From positions 133,713,879-133,777,878 of the forward strand of contig NC_052153.1 of assembly GCF_902713615.1 (NCBI RefSeq): a stretch of DNA of 64,000 nucleotides, in the 5' to 3' direction. Made by a program: the position numbers and the translations under genes. Of this stretch, positions 60,949-64,000 are shown piece after piece. Each line of letters opens with the position of its first letter. Within the stretch, counting starts at the first letter, position 1. The notes under the pieces were generated by a model. The model saw nothing but the letters and a program-made list of their open reading frames with translations, was not told where the DNA came from and made no database searches. Origin of the DNA: Scyliorhinus canicula (taxonomy: Eukaryota).

Positions 60949-62272
60949 AAACTAATGTCATGCTTTCAGACGAAAGCCTTAAAGGAAGCATGTGAATGGG
61001 AAACAAAGCGGGGTTGTGGGAGGGGGGGGGGGCGTCTTCAAGAACAGAACATGTGACATGCAGGGTAACATCATTAGAGGCAAGCAGGAGAACCCCATGG
61101 GATTTCACCTGCTCCCTCAGGCTCATGCTTGAAGCCAATCACTTCGGCAAAGTAACCGAGGACTACAAGTGCTTGTGTTGTCTTAGAAGAAGTAATGCCT
61201 TCAGGAAAGGAAATGAGAGCGGAAAGGAGAAAGTTAGGGGGAGGAAATGAACTGTGACATTTTACAATAATCAATATAATTTAACGTGCTCTGATTTCAG
61301 TTTTTGCAATATAATTTTTTTCTCTTGACAAAATGCAGAGCCTTTACATTGGCACCAAGATGAAGCTACAAAGGAAAATGGGATTGGAGCTCAAGAATAT
61401 ATACAGTGAGTCTTCAACACAAGTTTATGATACATGATAGCTGCATTTCTGAAAGGAGGAACCTAACAAATGCATCTACAACTTCCGCACCTCTCATATT
61501 AATCACTAGATAGCCAAACATCGATAGGCCGCTTTTCATGCATTTGGATGCACATGTGTGTCTCTATATCTGTGACACTGACTAATTGTTGCCAGTTTTG
61601 AAATAATAGAAGTGTCTTAAAATGTCTCAATGTAATTTGTTATATAAACAGGAAAAAAATTCAGCGAGAAACAATTTCCATAATGGAAATGCAGAATCTC
61701 CTATTAAATGTAAGCTATTGTGGATCTTGCAATTGAGCTGAAGTAACATTAGACTTCAAAAAAACCCATTTAACACTTGCAGTTTCCAACTTACAGAACG
61801 GACTCAATTACAAAGGAAAGAAGATTAAAACAATATGCAAGTAATAATCATAAGTTCTCTAATATTTGGAAACACACAAAACACATTGCAAGCCGAAAAA
61901 GTATTTTGAATATAGTACATGTGCATACAGGACATCGACAGCAATCTATATTCTATTAGAATAAACAAACAGAAAAATAAATGGTTTGCAACATCCAATT
62001 ACACAATTCAAAATTGTCACTTCAAATCCCTGCCTTTTAAGAATTGGAAATTATTTGTCTTTGGTAATATGAAATTGCATTGAAGATACAATATTCTATG
62101 TATGCAACTTTGTTTTTAGAAAAAATTGTAATCACTTGTATTAATGAAGCAACGGGGATGGTGTTACCCATTTCTCTGTATATGCTGAACAAAAGCTCTT
62201 GTAGGCAAATAAAACCAATTTAACAGATGCCTGAAGCCTCAAAGTGGATGGTCAGTATTGCAGGTGCAAACG

Positions 62273-62506
62273 TTTTTTTATTTTTATAAATTTAGATTGC
62301 CAAATATTTTTTTTTACAATTAAGGGGAAAATTTAGAATGGCCAATCCACCTACCCTGCACATCTTTGGGTTGTGGGGGGGTGAAACCCACGCAGACACG
62401 GGGAGAATATGCAAACTTCACACGACAGTGACCTGGGGTTGGGATCGAGCCCGGGTCCTCAGCACCGCGAGGCAGCAGTGCTAACCACTGCGCCTCCGTG
62501 CCACCC
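62273..62506 (-). mobile_element. Short A-tailed V-SINE
   Basis: Imperfect TSD CAGGTG(C/A)AAAC. Confidence 0.85.
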
Positions 62507-63029
62507 AGGTGAAAACTTATTATGATATTTAATTGGAGTCCAAGATTAGTTTTAAGACACCCTAACGTAATTTTCAATTACCAATGGGTGGAATGGCAAT
62601 CACTGCCCAATAATCATGGCTGTGAATTGATTGAAACAGCACTCCTAAAAAAAGAACACAGGAGGCAACTCCACCAGCATTGCAGTAAGTGTTCAGTAAG
62701 CCCCACACCCCGGCATCCCTCTCTTCCTATCAGGATTGTTTTATTGCCAAAAGTTTTGATATCAATGCAAATAAAATGGGGCGAGTTGTGAAACCAGCTG
62801 TCAATTCCCTTTCACCCACCTATTTGACCAGCAGTCGATGTTAAAGTACAACCAATAAATGAACAGCTTTGATAATTGTGTTGGTGGAGGGAGGAATGTG
62901 ACCCTGGACATTGGGATAATAGGATTTCGGCTTAATGTTCATGCTAAATGACAGTAGGGAATTTTATTCCCAAAGCACAGACAGGTTTGCATTGGCTAGA
63001 AGGTTAGATTACATTCATCCATCTAAGGA

Positions 63030-63120
63030 CAGTAAGAAGTCTTATAACACCAGGTTAAAGTCCAACAGGTTTGTTTCAAATCACTAGCTTTCGGAGCACT
63101 GCTCCTTCCTCAGGTGAATC
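63030..63120 (-). mobile_element. Penelope-like pLTR fragment
   Basis: Same sequence as the arm at 6257-6343. Confidence 0.8.
63081..63117 (-). ncRNA. Minimal type I hammerhead ribozyme motif, canonical core
   Basis: TCAC-CTGAGGA-A-GGAGC-AGT-GCTCC-GAAA-GCT-A-GTGA on the minus strand. Confidence 0.75.
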
Positions 63121-63221
63121 ACATTTGCACATTCAAATGGACAGTGACCCGGGACCAGGATTGAACCCAGGACCTCAGCACCATAGGCAGCAGTGCTAAC
63201 TACTGCTCAACTGTGCTGCCC

Positions 63222-63446
63222 TATAGCACGGCGGCACAGTGGGTTAGCCCTGCTGCCTCACGACGCTGAGGTCCCAGGTTCGATCCCGGCTCTGGGTCAC
63301 TGTCCGTGTGGAGTTTGCACATTCTCCCCGTGTTTGCGTGGGTTTCACCCCCACAATCCAAAAATGTGCAAGGTCGGTGGATTGGCCATGCTAAATTGCC
63401 CATTATTGGAAAAAATTAATTGGGTACTTTAAATTTATTTTTAAAA
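63222..63446 (+). mobile_element. Short A-tailed V-SINE inserted head-to-head into another SINE head (63120-63222, minus)
   Basis: TSD AACTGTGCTGCC 63209-63220 / ~63447-63458. Confidence 0.85.
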
Positions 63447-64000
63447 ACTGTGCTGCCTGATGAAGTACATCCTTCTCGGTATGGCTGTCATCCATTCAGC
63501 TCACAGGACCCAGCTAATTGAGTCACTGCTGACTCAAGAGGACAAACATGGTGGGGATCTATGCACACTGGCGTACTTCCATATTCAGTACTCTGCCTTT
63601 CATGAGTTGGGTGGTTAAAGTAATATAACTTTGAATCTCAACACCTAACCCACTTGTGGCGAGAGGTGGGTTAACAGTTTTAAAGATTATAATTGTTATA
63701 ATCCCAGTGAAGACCACGGGGAAAACATTGTTGATCTCCTTGTAGGACACATTGAGTGTGAGCTTCCCAAATAGGGGGCTCATTCTGAACAAACATAAAA
63801 GCTGGCACATAGCAGGGCCTGGTGTGGTTCGTTCTCCCAGCATTAATTGCACTGGGAGCAAGATGTTGCCTGGAACAGGACTTTGTAGATTGTTTAATAA
63901 ACCCTCTGTTCTCTTACTGCTGGCTTCCTCAAGTTACTAAAATAACGATGATGCCAGCCTCATTTCTATACGCCATTTTGAATTTAACTTTACAATGACC

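Overview
Vertebrate (elasmobranch/shark-like, judged from HE1-type V-SINEs and Deu-domain SINEs) non-coding genomic DNA dominated by transposable elements; no recognisable host protein-coding gene. The centrepiece is an apparently intact, full-length L1-clade retrotransposon on the minus strand (43882-49948; open ORF1, open 1282-aa EN-RT-CCHC ORF2, perfect 15-bp TSD) inserted into a decayed Harbinger transposase gene. Its ORF2 is bracketed by a 14-bp perfect inverted repeat extending through a symmetric GAAA/GAAA loop, and an older L1 in the window has a weaker, different-sequence complementary pair at a similar spacing. Its ~900-bp inter-ORF spacer carries duplicated E2F/KLF/YY1-like motifs. 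Also present: a two-LTR internally deleted Gypsy element with a tRNA-Pro PBS (3377-5687); a decayed Gypsy element packed with nested L1s and SINEs (~10130-20839); Penelope-like fold-back fragments carrying minimal hammerhead ribozyme motifs (one canonical, one U3-A8 variant); CR1 and L2 fragments; Harbinger-type MITEs; more than 25 tRNA-derived SINEs that share a head but use different tails; and a few TE-poor AT-rich islands that may hold regulatory elements. All family assignments are from motif recognition without database searches, and boundaries of decayed copies are approximate.
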